64,000 nt of DNA, taken from assembly GCA_051362555.1 (NCBI GenBank), contig CM120644.1:13352567-13416566 (forward strand), written 5' to 3'. The position numbers and the translations under genes were made by a program. Of this stretch, positions 13,948 to 27,900 are shown piece by piece. The first letter of the stretch is position 1; each line of letters opens with the position of its first letter. The DNA is from Lingula anatina (taxonomy: Eukaryota; Animalia; Brachiopoda). A model generated the notes under the pieces. It saw only the letters and a list, made by a program, of their open reading frames with translations, did not search any database and was not told the DNA's origin.

Positions 13948-14545
13948 TAGCACCAGAGAAAAATCAATAAAATCTTCTTCAGGAAATGTATGGCTGACTT
14001 TGCTATCTATAGACCTAACATCGAGATGCGAGGTTAGAAAAATTTAATCATAAATAAGAAATGGACTGCTGCTATTTAGACTGAGATTTAGCTATTCTTA
14101 AAGAGGAAATATAGTGGTTAATACTGCTATTTAGAAATTCTAAATCAAGCAGTTCTGAGGGGAAAAAAAAAAAGAAAATGCAATATTGATTAACAGATGA
14201 CATTTAGATTGAGTTACATACTAAGAAACGATAATAATGCCAAAGTTTGCATGAAAATATGACAGGTGAAAGTCTTTCTTTGTTTCAAGTTCCAAGAAAA
14301 ACCTATCATTGTAGGTAATATATGCTGGGTTGAGAAAAAGGGCCAGAGAAAAATCATGAACACACTCTTCTCAGACTCCCTTCACAACATTAAGGGCTAC
14401 TCTAGATAGGCTTTTCATATGATAACCAAGTTACACAAAGCCGAGGGATTTATGGAAGTATTTCCGTCTTTTCGCTGATGAACCTTTTCCATATTGGAAA
14501 AAGGTTGGATCATTCATTCTTCTGAAACAGATTTCTCTGGTGCTA
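13948..14545. mobile_element. Possible old non-autonomous TIR element with TAG...CTA termini
   Basis: TAGCACCAGAGAAA at the left and TTTCTCTGGTGCTA at the right, each flanked by TATA. Confidence 0.4.
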
Positions 14546-16846
14546 TATATATGTAATTTATGACTCTAAATTTCAAGGGAAATTAGCCTGAAGGTTCAGG
14601 GGTGCCATCATTTATCACGTCATGTGTCAAATAAAAAAATGTGCAATCACCTGACCTGAAATGTGTCACATCACCGTCAAATGATGCTTTTCTAATGATC
14701 CTTCATGATGAAATTGCAAATTATATATGAGTTGGAATTTCATAAAATGTATTTTTATACAAAATTGTACATGTGGAAAGTAACACTTGGGTTAAAATAG
14801 ATCTAAAAGTTGGCTAGAATCCTGGCCATATGACAAACAGGTAAAAGTAGATTAGATATCTTGTATCTTTTAACATATAAGATAAAATATCTTCATCCAC
14901 TTACAAAAATATCAATAAAATCAATGGTAATAAAAATAATAACAAATAAACGATGAATCCTGGCCTACTTTTTCAGCCAGAGTATCATGTTTACATGTTG
15001 TCAAATAATATGCCATATTTATTAACCAGCGGAAAAATAAACCCGTTTACTAGTATGTATTACAAGTTAAATGCGTCACCAGATTACAAAGACAACAGAA
15101 AAGGGGAGTTTTTCAATGCTGAAGGTGTAAAGCTCTCTGACACAGTAAGTGCATGTCCTCTAGATATGACAATCAAAATGACAAGTGCTTCCCTGAACAC
15201 AAAGGGAAAGGAATGTGGGTTATGTTGACACTGCCATGGGTCACTACCTTGACCAAAATGACCACTGTTATGACTGTGACAGGGCTTGTCATGTCCGGAC
15301 ACATTACTGGGACAGTAGATAATATTTACATTTTGTTTTCTCTTTTTTAAAATAATGGTGACAGTGTGATTCTTGTTTTGAAACTCTTTATAACAGACAT
15401 GAGCGTGTGTGCACTCACACATTCACACATGGACATGCACATACGTGGACACACAGGATATGTTTTGCTTTTAAAATTTGTTATTCTCTATGTGTTCAAT
15501 AATTCCCCTCCATGATGATGCACTTAGGTAAAATGAACCATCACTTAATCCATCGATGAGAGTTTCAGACAGTAGGAGAAAAAAACAGGCTGTTAAGACA
15601 ATAAAGAAGAATCTGTTACCATGGCAACTGGCAGTAATCCAAACAGTCTGATGCAGTTTAACTGTTAATGACCCATGCTATGATTCAGAAGCTGTGATAT
15701 CAGAGCCCAATGGGCAAAAAGGTTCTCGATCACGATCACATCATGGCAGGAAACCATTGGTCAGCAAATCGACTTCGTTTTATCATGAGACAGAGGAGAA
15801 AGAACAAAGATAACAGAGAACCCTGAATCATAGCTTTCATCACTGTCTATGAGGTGTTCAGACCAGGCCCAACTTAAGCCAGAAGTAGTCCAAATGACAT
15901 CACCACTGGGTATAGGGTAATAGATTAAGTCACTGTGTTTCAGGTTCTTAAATTCATAAAACTCTGTGCCTTCAGAACTAGCAGTTTGGTCATACAGAGA
16001 CACGGTTTACTTAAGACTGGTTTGTTTTAATTTGAACCATTTCTGAACATGACTCTTCTGAGTTCATTTCCCATGACAAGAAACAAAGCTCTAATGATAC
16101 AACTTCTATGCATTTTTTATGAATTTCATGAAACAAAACTGGTGTTTTTTTTTTTTTTTTTTTTTTTATCACAGTCAATTCTGAAAGTTTCACCATATCA
16201 TTATTAAAAATAATTCTTGTGACACATTCATACATGTATATTCATCAACTTTTTGACATCAATAAGCAAATAATTTTATGGCAATAGCTTTTGTTATCTA
16301 TCCCTATTCTATTGCCACGTCTTACTTCATCATGATTGCTTACTTCATGTTTAGTTCCCTGCGGAGATGGGCAGGTGGCACATCTCTCATTATAATAATT
16401 CATTCTACTTCATCAACGCTGGACATGAACCAGAAACACAAAGTGCGGGTTGGAAAATCACCTTCCATGTGTAGGTAGTGTTAATAAGTCTGCGGTTGGT
16501 CTATATATCCTGATACTGGCTGACGTAAACATTGGAGTTATCCTTTGTTTAAGATAATGTTTACTAGTAACTAAATTTAAATTATAAGAACAAGAAGAAG
16601 GAGAAAATTTTCAGTCTCATCTTTTTCCTTATTCCAAATATTTTTTCTTTCCTGATCAATGTTTCTATAGAGAAGCAAGATTCTGTCATGAAATCCCCCC
16701 CCCCCCCCCACCCACCCACTGCCTTACCATGTCACATGATTTCATTTTGATCAAAGGGTTAATTCTTATGTCCAGTTCAAAAGAAAAGGCACACAATGCA
16801 AATGATGCCTACTAGTACTAGTACTTACAAATTCACAACAGACTTA

Positions 16847-17089
16847 GGCCTCATTCCCAATGAAAATTAGTTATTCTACATAGATCAATCAAACTCCAAG
16901 GGAAATCATCGCTGAATGCAATCAGATTAACACCCTTCCTCTTGCCGTTGAGTGGAATACAGCAAAGCTGGTGATTCTACAAATACAGTGGAAACAAGAG
17001 GAGGCGTGTTGATCTGATTACATTCTGCGAGAGGCCCAGCAGAGTCTGATTGATCTATGTAGAGCAAAAGTTACATTGGGATTAAGCCC
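16847..17089. mobile_element. PIF/Harbinger-type (Tourist-like) MITE
   Basis: TTA on both sides; imperfect TIRs GGCCTCATTCCCAATG / CATTGGGATTAAGCCC; internally palindromic; homologous copies at 2470 and 26683. Confidence 0.7.
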
Positions 17090-18039
17090 TTAGCTTGTTT
17101 TAAACAGAAACTGACCCGTCCAGTGGGAACAGTGGACAGCCTGTTTATTTACCTGACCACATGTGGATAGTGAACTCACATATATAACAGAGACCTTGTT
17201 CAGACTAAACTGAAACAGAATTTGTTTACTTCCTGCATTTCCTGGTTCTTAAATTTCCACTATATATTTATCTTTGCTACAGAATGAACTCATTGACTCC
17301 TAGACTGAAGCAAAACCGATTTTGCTTTCTTGCTGTTTCCTGGTTTGTTTTGCAGTAGAAAGGACTCAGTGTTATACTATCAGTTGAAACTGAATTTGAT
17401 AAGTGTCTGTATTTCCTCTTTTGTTGTGCACACGTATTTGCAAAAAAAAAAAAAAAAAAAAAGGGTTACTCAACCACACACACAAATGGTATTTAGTAAC
17501 TTTCAAAACAGACACTGTCTTTCCCCACCCCCACCCTCCCAAAATAGATAATTACACATTCTCCTTTCATCATCCCTGAACCTAACCCTCACTTCTTTTG
17601 GACTTTTGTCAAAGAACTGGCAATCTCCAAAGCAATTTCTGTGGGAGGAAAAAAAAGTAGGCATAACTGGGTGTGATGAACAACATGAGCTCACAGTCTA
17701 TTAATTTGGTGGTTTCAGACATTAATTACATGATCGCGTCTCATGGCGCTATTGTATTTTTAACCTACGATATATCACTGATGTATGCACATGTTCCTCT
17801 CTGTATGCACAGAGCATCAAGTGACCTATTGGCATTGACACAGAGTTGGGTGATATTTTTGGATGCATGATACTAAAATTGCATAATTATCATGCAGCAA
17901 ATGTATTATTTTGCCTTCAGCTCACCATCTTGTGTTTATAATGTGATAGGCTGTATATATTTTTCTTTAATAATTATAATTATTCCAGCATTATTTTAAA
18001 ACTAACTAAATGCTTATATTTTGAAGTAAATGACCTTAA

Positions 18040-18378
18040 AGGGATAATAACTCTTCCTTTTGGCCAAAAAATTAATTTTCCTGGAGTAAACAACAATTTT
18101 CCCATGCTTACAAATGGTTAATGAATCCATTTTTACATTCAAAGTTAGTCCTTATTTTTTTTCTAAAAAGTTTTTTTCTTTTTTTGTTATAATCTCTTAA
18201 GAGATTTTAATTAAGCATAGCCATCAATGGAGGTCACATGGTCTAAAGACAAGCTCAGATATCAGAATAATAGCTATAGCTGTCGTTTTTGTGGTAAAAC
18301 AATATATTATATTTCTACGAGTTGTTCACAATGTTTTTATTGTGAAATATATATCTCATACAAAGAGTTATTATCCCT
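18040..18378. mobile_element. Kolobok-like MITE
   Basis: Perfect 16-bp TIR AGGGATAATAACTCTT / AAGAGTTATTATCCCT, flanked by TTAA on both sides. Confidence 0.75.
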
Positions 18379-21300
18379 TTAAGCACTGTGACCTTTCTCA
18401 CAATCCTGGTGAATTATCCACAACAAGGAGAAAAAAAAAAATCATATTTATACTGATAAAACAAGTGTACAGGTAATATATATATATATATCTGGGTAGG
18501 ATGATGAAAAGAACACTTGTTTCTGGATTGCTGCCGGTAGCAAACTGTAGCCATGGGCTTTCATTTCCCATTTTCCCCTCTTCCGTATCATTACTGCATA
18601 GACAGCTTTTATCATAACTTGACCTTGGCATTTGTAAGACTGCAGATCCAGTCAATGGGATCAAAAACAAAGATTTTTGCGTCATAAGCAATTTGGGCTA
18701 GGATTTAGAGTTGTTTACCAATCCTGTCAAAATTTTATTGTTTTATTTAAATCTAAAGCAGTCATTCATTTTCAGCATAATTGTTTATCAAATTCAAACC
18801 GGTCCTTTGGGAACAAGTTTGAGTTTCTTTGTTATCTGAAGAGGAAATGTCCTCCGTGTGACCTTGTTTTGATTATGAGCATAGGCTTGCTTGTTATATT
18901 TACTTCAAATTTTCAAATGCCACATTTTTTCTGATATTTCACATCTTAAAGATTTATCAATTTCATACATTCACAAAAAACTTTCAATTTTTTTTCAAAT
19001 TTTTCGAAAATTTTCTGACGCAAAGCCAACTAACTTTTTGAAAAAATTTTCAAAATCATTTTTAAAACTATAACTAAAACATTTTTGTGGATTATTATCA
19101 GTTCACATTGTCAAAAAATCTAATGAATGATCAGTCCACAGATAACTGATTTTTCATCAAAAAAACTCACAGAGACACAAAAACAATTCCACCACAGTAA
19201 AGTACGGACAAGAAAATCTTCCTGCCATCCTCTCCCAAGTTCCATCTAAAAAGAACACCACCCCATTACAGATCGAAATACATGTAGCATGCATACACGT
19301 TTCTAAAAAACCACAAACATTTTTCGGGGCAGCAAGGGCAGTACCAACCCATCTGGGCGCAAATCTCTGACCTTCACATTTTAACCCCAAACAACCTGGC
19401 CTTACGTCACTCAGGCTCCGTAAAACAAGGGTCGCCCCCTTCTCACATCTCTGAACACAATTTATCATATGGCGTAAGCTGCTTTGCTATGTTGACGTGG
19501 GTGTTCTGTTAGCTTTTGCTTTGGAAACAGTCAAACACCCAATGATCATCAAACAATACCGAGGCATCTCTTAAAACTAAAAAATTCCCCACTTATTCAT
19601 ACGCTATAATAAAAGGTAAAATAGTAATAAAAAGGTGCCGCAGGTCTAACACCTGAAATACAGGTAAAGGTCCTATGCGACTAGTTAAACTCGATCAATA
19701 AAATTAATGCATTTTTTATCATGCAAATACAACACCCCTTTCAAATGGGCCCCGTCATTTGCAAGTGACCTTATGAATGAAATTGTTCCCCTGGCTAATG
19801 CATTGTTTGTATGCTTTTACAGTATATTCTGCGACCACAACAAAAGCCTTGAAAATCATTCATAGTGGTATGAGCCCTTTTTCTTCCCTACAACCCCATG
19901 GATTTTAAATACTGAATGAGAACATTCTGGCCTGGATCCAAAACAATCAGCCCTCAAGAATGAGTGGAATGTTTTAAAAAGCCCCAAGTAGAGCAAGAGT
20001 GGGTGTCCGACGGAGCGAAAGCTTGGAGTATTAAAAATTCTTCAAGCTATGCAGGTGCTTGGATTAGATTTGCACATAAATCAGTTATGACTTAGCATTC
20101 ACCGAACTGAGACCTACATATTTGTCTGCTACACATTTGATTCATAAAAAATGCACTCCTCGTTCCCCTTTTTCAATTGTGAAAGGTAGTGGTGGACCAA
20201 TGAACCAAGAGGTTTCTTTTTAAAATTGTTTTCACAACGCTGCAAACACAGACTATATCAACTATTGGGACCAGGTGACCTACACGATTCAAAGATTTAA
20301 TCGCTTTGTTGACCTACCTTTATCAACAATCAAAAAGCAAACAAAGACCATGAATGGGCACACAGGATTGTAAAGACAGATCTCATTGGCTTCGGCAGCC
20401 ATTTTTAAAGGGATGCCATTATTCAAAATTTGAAAAAAAAAAAAAAAGATAAATAACCGTAAGTCTGTTGGACTAAGATAACTTGAATCAAATCGCCGTT
20501 ATCAGTTATAAGTGTATGTAAACAAGACAAGTGAGGATAATAATTTAAATGCTACTATTCAAAATTACTGATTAGCATTCACATGACGAAAGTGAACTCG
20601 GCTTTCATTTTTGAACCTGTGAAACAACAGAACAGACCGAGCAAAGCTATGCAGCCGAAATTTGAATTTCCTACAAGAGTATTTCATATTGATCGACTTC
20701 CATCGACATTACAAGCAGGCACTCAAACAGGCAGCACTTAAAACCCACAGCAAGAGTAAAACCTCGATGATTTTCCTACGCATCTGTCACACTATCTAGA
20801 AGTTTAGGATCAATATTTTAGGATAAAATTAGCTTCGCGCAGACTGGTGTAAGATGTTAGCAGCTGGTACAACATTATAAACAGTAAACCTGGGGCATAC
20901 AATATCAATTGCGCATGCATGCCCATGACCCCGCACCGAAACCAAAATTATATCAGATAATAAAAAAAAATCCTATTTCCATGATGAAAAAAATATCTTA
21001 AAGCTCTCTCTTATCATATTCAGGAACAACATTTTCTTGGGGATAAAAAAAAAAAAAAAGAAAAAGAAAAAGAATGACCCTATATTGACATGATTAAGCA
21101 ACCCGTGGCCCTTTTTCATCTGATTCAATGACTAAAAGTATTGAACTGTATTTTCCAAACCTGTGGACATTGAACATTTATTGATCAGAGAATTTATAAT
21201 CTATAGGGTGAAATGTCATATACCACAGGGGCATGAAACATTCCATCTGAATCTGATTTTTTTTTTCTTTTTATAACAGACTTAGAGAACCACTGAACTT

Positions 21301-21576
21301 GAAAAAACAGGAGCAACATTATGGTAATTTTGATTTCCTTCACAAGCTTAGTGGTGTATTTATCCTAAGCTAAGGTACATATATTTACCTCCAAGATGCT
21401 GCATATATTTAGCACACAAATAACGACCCAAATTCCACCCATACCTATTATAATATGATAAATAATTCATCAAGATTGAAGATGTTGTCAATGTCTGGGT
21501 TCCATTAGTATAAACACGACTTCGTATAATTTATATATATGGGTATGTATGATATGTATGGGGATATATCACTTAC

Positions 21577-22018
21577 CCATCCTCCGTGCTGTATTATCCA
21601 CGGCGCTAGCTGTGTGTCTAAATACGTTGTCTCCCATTCTATGATGTTTTCTACGAGTCCTGGCATTTCCTTTTCAACACAGTACACAGAGAGAGCCCCA
21701 CCGAACGCTATCAAGCCCACTATTCTCCCCCATTTTACTCCGTCTTGAAAAATTTCATCGGCGATTTGGAAAAATGCAGGGTATGCAGTAGTTTGTGTTA
21801 AATGTAACTGACCACAGAGGTCCTGAAACACTGTCCTGTAACGCTGCTCGAATTCCTCTCCTAGCAGTCTCATACACTGGTGAAGTCTTGTTGGTTCTTG
21901 AGAATCTGCTAACATATTACACCCGGTCTTCTTCAGTCGAGTTGCTATGTAATCCCGTACAAGAGGTCTCGAATTCAGACTAGACATATTGTTGTTGTTG
22001 TTGATATTTGTCATAGTG
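21577..22018 (-). CDS. BCL2L1: Bcl-2/Bcl-xL-like protein, main exon (BH4, BH3, BH1, first half of BH2); internal ATGs at 22014 and 21987
   Basis: BH4 NSRPLVRDYIATRL, BH3 LHQCMRLLGEEFEQRY, BH1 FQDGVKWGRIVGLIAFGG, BH2 WIIQHGGW then donor GTAAGT at 21576; acceptor TTTTTCAG at 22019. The symbol denotes family resemblance, not proven orthology. Confidence 0.95.
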
Positions 22019-22183
22019 CTGAAAAACGAAAAGAACAGCACACATTTAACCAAACATCACCCTTCTCCCGGTCAACTAGCCATCCTTTCTCACGCTACTC
22101 GGCTGCCAGCAACGAGGCTATTATGCATATGTTCCATATTTAAAATAAAATCATTTAAAATTACTAAGCGATCTCGTACTTAC

Positions 22184-22206
22184 GTTTGGTCATACTGTCG
22201 GTTCAT
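22184..22206 (-). CDS. BCL2L1: Probable short first coding segment of the Bcl-2-like gene (MNRQYDQT)
   Basis: AAACATG at 22206; donor GTAAGT at 22183; the 165-bp intron 22019-22183 joins in frame (AC|C ACT ATG). Confidence 0.55.
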
Positions 22207-22299
22207 GTTTGAACTTTATATCCAATATTTTTCATTGAAAACTGAGTTTCTGTCATTGTATTGTGCTTTTGGGAGATGTTTACATTATTCGAAGCGACC

Positions 22300-22380
22300 T
22301 CCTTTATATCTAAGCCGGTCGCAACGTCACAAACACCCGTGATCAGCCTCGATTTTGATTGGCAATATGGGTGACGCATT
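22300..22380 (-). promoter_or_regulatory. Core promoter of the Bcl-2-like gene
   Basis: On the - strand: TATAAA 22303-22308, CRE-like TGACGT 22324-22329 and CCAAT 22358-22362; TGACGCA near 22372; locally CpG-rich. Confidence 0.55.
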
Positions 22381-22807
22381 TCTTTTAAAACGAGGCCGAA
22401 AAAGGGGGTTAGGCAGGTTGATTCATATGTGATAGTGAATGGACTTAGGTTGTGAAATAGGTACATATGTACGCTGACGAAATGGACTTGAATTTTAGGA
22501 CAATCGTATAAAATTTCAAACACATCATTTCTTATTTGCCCACGGCACACTGTAAGTATTTAGAAAAGCAATGTGTGCTCAAGAGAGATCAAGAAACATT
22601 TCAATCTTGGATTATATTTAAAATAGTTTGTTTGATTTAAAAAAAAGGACCCAAAGAAGCCTAATTAATTTTATTTGTCAAAATATTTCTTTTTATCTAG
22701 CTGGACAGTTTATGTCAGGTAAAAAAGATAGATAGGAAATTGACACTGATTAAGTGATATTTTTATGAGGATCATATATTATACAATTATATTAGTCTCC
22801 ATTTAGA

Positions 22808-22872
22808 TATATTATATTATATTATATTATATTATATTATATTATATTATATTATATTATATTATATTATAT
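22808..22872. repeat. (ATATT)n microsatellite
   Basis: Direct reading. Confidence 0.9.
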
Positions 22873-23176
22873 AGTAGTATCTTGCATCATAAAGCATTAT
22901 ATTAAGTCATACTTCGTCTAAAAAAATCTTCATCAGGGTGAGTCACATGTATGTATATACTGGTACTGCCTAGGCCTATATCATCACATTCGTCATTATC
23001 AGTGATTTATGATTATATCATCAAAGAGGAAGGCCGATGTCGTGGAAGTCACGACGACCTTTGGCTATCAAAGTAAACAGGCGATCCTTTCCGTGCCCTC
23101 TAGAGCGTGACCCTAAAAGGACTAGATTGAACAGGATTAACTGCAAACATGACGTCAGCGTTCATATGTCAACAGG

Positions 23177-23226
<50 letters not shown>

Positions 23227-23913
23227 GAAAATATTCTTCAATCTGCACAAGTTGTAAAATGAACACATTCCGTTATATTACTCACTGATTTCAAAAAATT
23301 TTAAACTATAGTTTATTCACAAGTAACGTAGGCAAAGCACAAGGAAGCATTGTATGCACCCCGTGAAATACGAGAAAATTACAAATTATATATGTACATA
23401 CATATATAAAAGCAACAACAACAAAAAAGATGATTTTAATAGACAAATAATATAGGGTCAGGTTTTAAAGGTGTCTCTTTAGGACGGATACCCCCCTCTC
23501 TCGCCCCCATTTCATATACATTATCCAACAATGACCCGGAATATTTAGACTGGCGCCCTCTGTCGAATTTCCTGTATGATCACAGTGGCAGGAAACCATA
23601 CATGTACCGGTTACGTAACCCTACCTGATTAATCGTTTATACAAAGTTTAGTTATATGTTTTCATTTCTCAAATTTGTGTATTCATGAAAACAAGGAGAG
23701 TGACTCTGAATTTTTCGAACGCGCCGTTCACAATTATTATTGTATTTTATGACTGTGTAAACATCCTGTGAAAAAGAGGATATGAAACAGAAAAATATTT
23801 TCCGTGGAAGAGTTTAGACAACTATAGGTTGCATTATTTGAAATGCCCCCGAGTCCCGGACGGTTCCAAGCCGTAGGTGGTGTGTGTGTGTGTGTGTTTG
23901 TGTGTGGGTGGGT

Positions 23914-23957
<44 letters not shown>

Positions 23958-25086
23958 TGTGAATATGAAAAACGATACCAATCCGTGAACGCCAGAGTGT
24001 GGTCCATGCATATGGCTGTGAAAGGTTCAAAGAATTGTTGTCATTGAAAAAGAATGTTGCTTTTCTTTATATTTGGCAGGTCTGATCTGTGTGTGTGTGT
24101 GGGGGGGGGGGGGGTGTATATCGCAACTCATGGTATTTGTAGATTTGTATGTAAGCTCATGCAGTGCTGTCAGACTGCTATCTTGTCTATGTTTCTTGTA
24201 CATTTTCATCAGTTCTACCTGATGCATAAGGATGAAATAAAGAATAAGCGGAGAGTCATCGACTTCCACTGCATCCTTATCATCCTACCGTTAATTTTAA
24301 CCTATTCATTTTTCTTCGCTTTTTTTCTGATTAATATATAAAAATGGTATGGTATTTTTATTGATGTTGTTTCAAGATTTGAGGCACCACTCCCGACGCA
24401 TTCGTATACCAACATGGAGTAGATCTTTTCTTTGATTAAGACATTTTGAGTGAAGTGTTTTTCAACTTAATTTTAATTTAATTTATTTTGCTTTGGTACT
24501 AGCTAATCTAGAGCAACAACCAATGAAAAGTTGTTTGCGTAAAAACAAATATGTTTCTTTCCTCTAGATTAAATAAACTGCCTGTTTTTCCTGATGGGCT
24601 TTTGATTAAAATGTCTCATTTCTTTCATATTGTATGTACACATGTATATGACAGGACATATCGATGTATGGAAAACTAAGGAAGAAGATACAGGTGAAAC
24701 AGAACTAACTCCACCCTCTTTATACCCTCTCCAGATATACCTGTGATAAGTTTAATTTGCACGTTAATCCCATTTCGTATTAATCAAGCATATCAATAAA
24801 AAAAAATGTGACGAACAAGTAATCGCTCTAAGTCTATTGACGGTTCATTTATCGATTTGAATACCGAGCTGTTGTTCAACTTGTTTACACTTCCGTTTGT
24901 TGATTATTTATTTATTTTTTTTTTACCTCAAATGCGCAGTAAGTATGTTTCAAAAGTGACTGCGTAGTTCTGTACATGTATGACAGATGACGGTGTAAAC
25001 ACTTGTATTCATGCAGGTAGTTAACCCTAGGTCTGTGGTAACCCATCTCTCTACTAACTGCCCATATGTCTCCGCAATTTCCGGTA

Positions 25087-25165
<79 letters not shown>

Positions 25166-26682
25166 CGGGGGGGGGGGGGGGGGAGCGAAGATCCTTCAAC
25201 TTAGAAATCCTTCCTGAAAGGAGCTGCATATGATAGTTCTGTTGCCGTCAAAATTATCTAATCTCTCTCTCTCTCTCTCTCTCTCGCTTTATATAGTGTG
25301 TGTGTGTTTGTGTGTGTGTCAGAGAGAGAGTGATTTATGAGCAGACAGACGAACAGACACACAGACACACACACACAAACATACATACAGACAGACAGAC
25401 AGACAAACACATATTAACTCAAACGATACCTGGTCTCTCCCACAGTCTCATATCAGCAGACATTCCCTGAAAATATTGAAAATCTTATCAATTTTCTAAC
25501 TTTGGATTGATAAAAGACAAACCGTTACGTCGTGTGCTAGCCATATGCCTGGAATAACGCCATAGCCATTCCTCTACGATTGTTCACGTATAATGTTGCA
25601 TTTGTACATCGATTTTTTCCACGGAATATCTTCGCAAACCATCATTGCCTCCGTAACATAGCTCAGAATATTCTGCTGCGTAGAAAAGTAATGCATGCAT
25701 AGAAGCTAAAACAAACAAATGCCCACGCCGCCTGCGCAACTTGCAAAATGAAAGTACAACTACTGCTGTTGTGTGTGCAAAAAAGAAAGTGCTATGACTA
25801 CTACTGTGCATGCAAAATGAAAATTAGAAACAAAGAAAAGTAACTAGAATCTAAACAGGGTGCACATGAACAGTTTTTCTCAGAATGGCAAATGAAAATT
25901 TCACCAGCGCGTATGACAACATGTTTTTACACCAGTTCAACGCTGTTCATCTAAATCTCAATAAATAGACGATAACAAAAAAAAAAAAAAAATGAATTGA
26001 TAAGTAAAGAAATTGTGTTTTCTTATGGTTGTGAAGTTCCGATCGTATATCGATGTAAAGATGTACGCAATTATGCTTGTAACTGAGCTGGTGTCAGCAC
26101 ATCATGTCACCATACTGCAGGGGCAATTTCAGTATTCAGTAGTCGGTATTCAGTATTCAGTATTCAGTATTAGTTATTTATTCACTTTCTAAATTTATCT
26201 ATACAGATTCTAGTTGCGTACACGTTTTGTATATTGCAAGTAGAAGCCGTGGTATAGGGTACTGTTCATCCAGAAACCGAAAATGAGGTTTTTCTGCAGC
26301 TAATCATTCAATAATTACCTTTGTGCTGATTGAAAACAGTAAAAATCCCCGCGAATATAAAAAATCGACGTTTATAGACTTCTGGTTGCTAAGCATAAGC
26401 ATCGGAACTTCAGAGCGTTTTTCATCAATTTAACATCTTTTAATTTTGAGGTAAGATAGCAATCGATAAGGGGCCTTGCTCCATCATATCCCTGAACAAG
26501 ATCTTATTACAAAAATGGCTTAAGTGACGACAAGAGTATGTTCTTCAAACCGGTTTAAATTGGTATTTTGGTTTAGATGTTTTTTCCTTTGCCATGCAGT
26601 TATTCCTCCTAGTAACGCGCCATTGAACAAAAGCTTTATTTTGCCTTATTAACGATAAAATCTGAACTTAAGTTAAGAAAAA

Positions 26683-26921
26683 TGGAACTATCGTAGATCG
26701 ATCCAACTCCACGTTGACTCTCGCTGAATGCAATCAGATTAACAGGCTTCCTCTTGTCTCCAACGTAGGGCCTACTGGTATAATCACCAGCTCTTCTACA
26801 TGTATATATTCTCCTCAACGCCAAGGAGAGGCGTGTTTATCTGTTAATTTGAATGCATTCAGCGAAAGTGCCACGGAGTTGGATCGATCTACTTAGAACG
26901 ATAGTTTTGTTGGGAATGAGT
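26683..26921. mobile_element. Copy of the Harbinger-type MITE family (cf. 16847-17089)
   Basis: TAGATCGATCCAACTCC...TCGCTGAATGCAATCAGATTAAC...GGAGTTGGATCGATCTA...TTGGGAATGAG. Confidence 0.65.
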
Positions 26922-27709
26922 TCTATGATCCAACATAAGATGTTAGGCTTATCTTATATTGGATCCCAAACGAAAACCAGGAAATAGCACGGGTATGTTA
27001 TTTACAAGGATTATAGATTAACTATGCTCTAATCTGTGCATTCCACTGGTTTTTAATTAAAGGCCCATATATATATTATACACCGTATTACACACATTTG
27101 TCGCCATCCAACGCGGGCCCGATGAACAAATAGCGACAGATGATTTTGTTATTGTATAGAAAGACATCTAACATTTATTTCTAGATCGATGTGCATTGAA
27201 GGTTTCTAGTCAAATACGCCTACGTATTTTAGACAGTAGGTCGATTCAATGTGTATACCAAATCACATTTGTTTTGTGAGTAGACAAACATGCGCTTTTC
27301 CCCATATATTGATGCCATCTATAAAGCACGTGAGTGTAGGCTGCCAGCAATTGCAGATGAAGATCCGTGTGGAAAATTTTGCAAATTTTTTTTTTTTTTT
27401 ACAAGAAAGTGTTCACTATTGGTGCACCGGTGACTGTTGATTGACTGAACCCTACTGAAAAATACAAATGACTGACTGGTATTGTTGTCCAAAGAGAATC
27501 TTACGTAAATGTTCGCCAGTTTATAGGTGACCTCAGATTTTATCTGTTAACTAAGTCACAATTATCTAAAAAGTCACTACATGTAGTAGGTCGCACGTAC
27601 ATGTACGTCGAATACGTGCAGTGCTTAAATTAATGTCCTTTTTTACTTGGTTCTTATTTTTTTACTTTTTTATTGGTGTTTTTATCACCTCTTGCGTATC
27701 TCCATAGGA

Positions 27710-27900
27710 TGCCATCCATAAATTAAACCAGTGTGGCTGAATCTCTCAAAGTATACAAGTATGAAATATGCTGCGCGTTGTGTAAGACAGGTAAAAAAAG
27801 ATGAATACTATAATGATATTTTGCCTGAACTGGGTATCCTTCGGCCATCAGACGATAGAGATATCATTGTTCACTCTTTTCTTTTGAACCAGATAATTGC
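27710..27900 (+). mobile_element. Degenerate L2/CR1-type LINE C-terminal remnant
   Basis: IHKL...KYAARCVRQVKKDEY..DILPELGIL resembles the (VQN)AAR.I...K.DH..P.L.EL motif that follows the RT domain. Confidence 0.3.

Noticed and set aside
15511-15655. Box C-like ATGATGA with a downstream CTGA in the Bcl-2 intron (possible C/D snoRNA)
   Set aside because: No terminal stem or recognisable rRNA guide, and the position relative to the host strand and splice sites is unconvincing
22019-22053. N-terminal MVKCVLFFSFFS extension of the Bcl-2 ORF in the ORF track
   Set aside because: Starts at TTG and is the polypyrimidine tract and acceptor of the small intron
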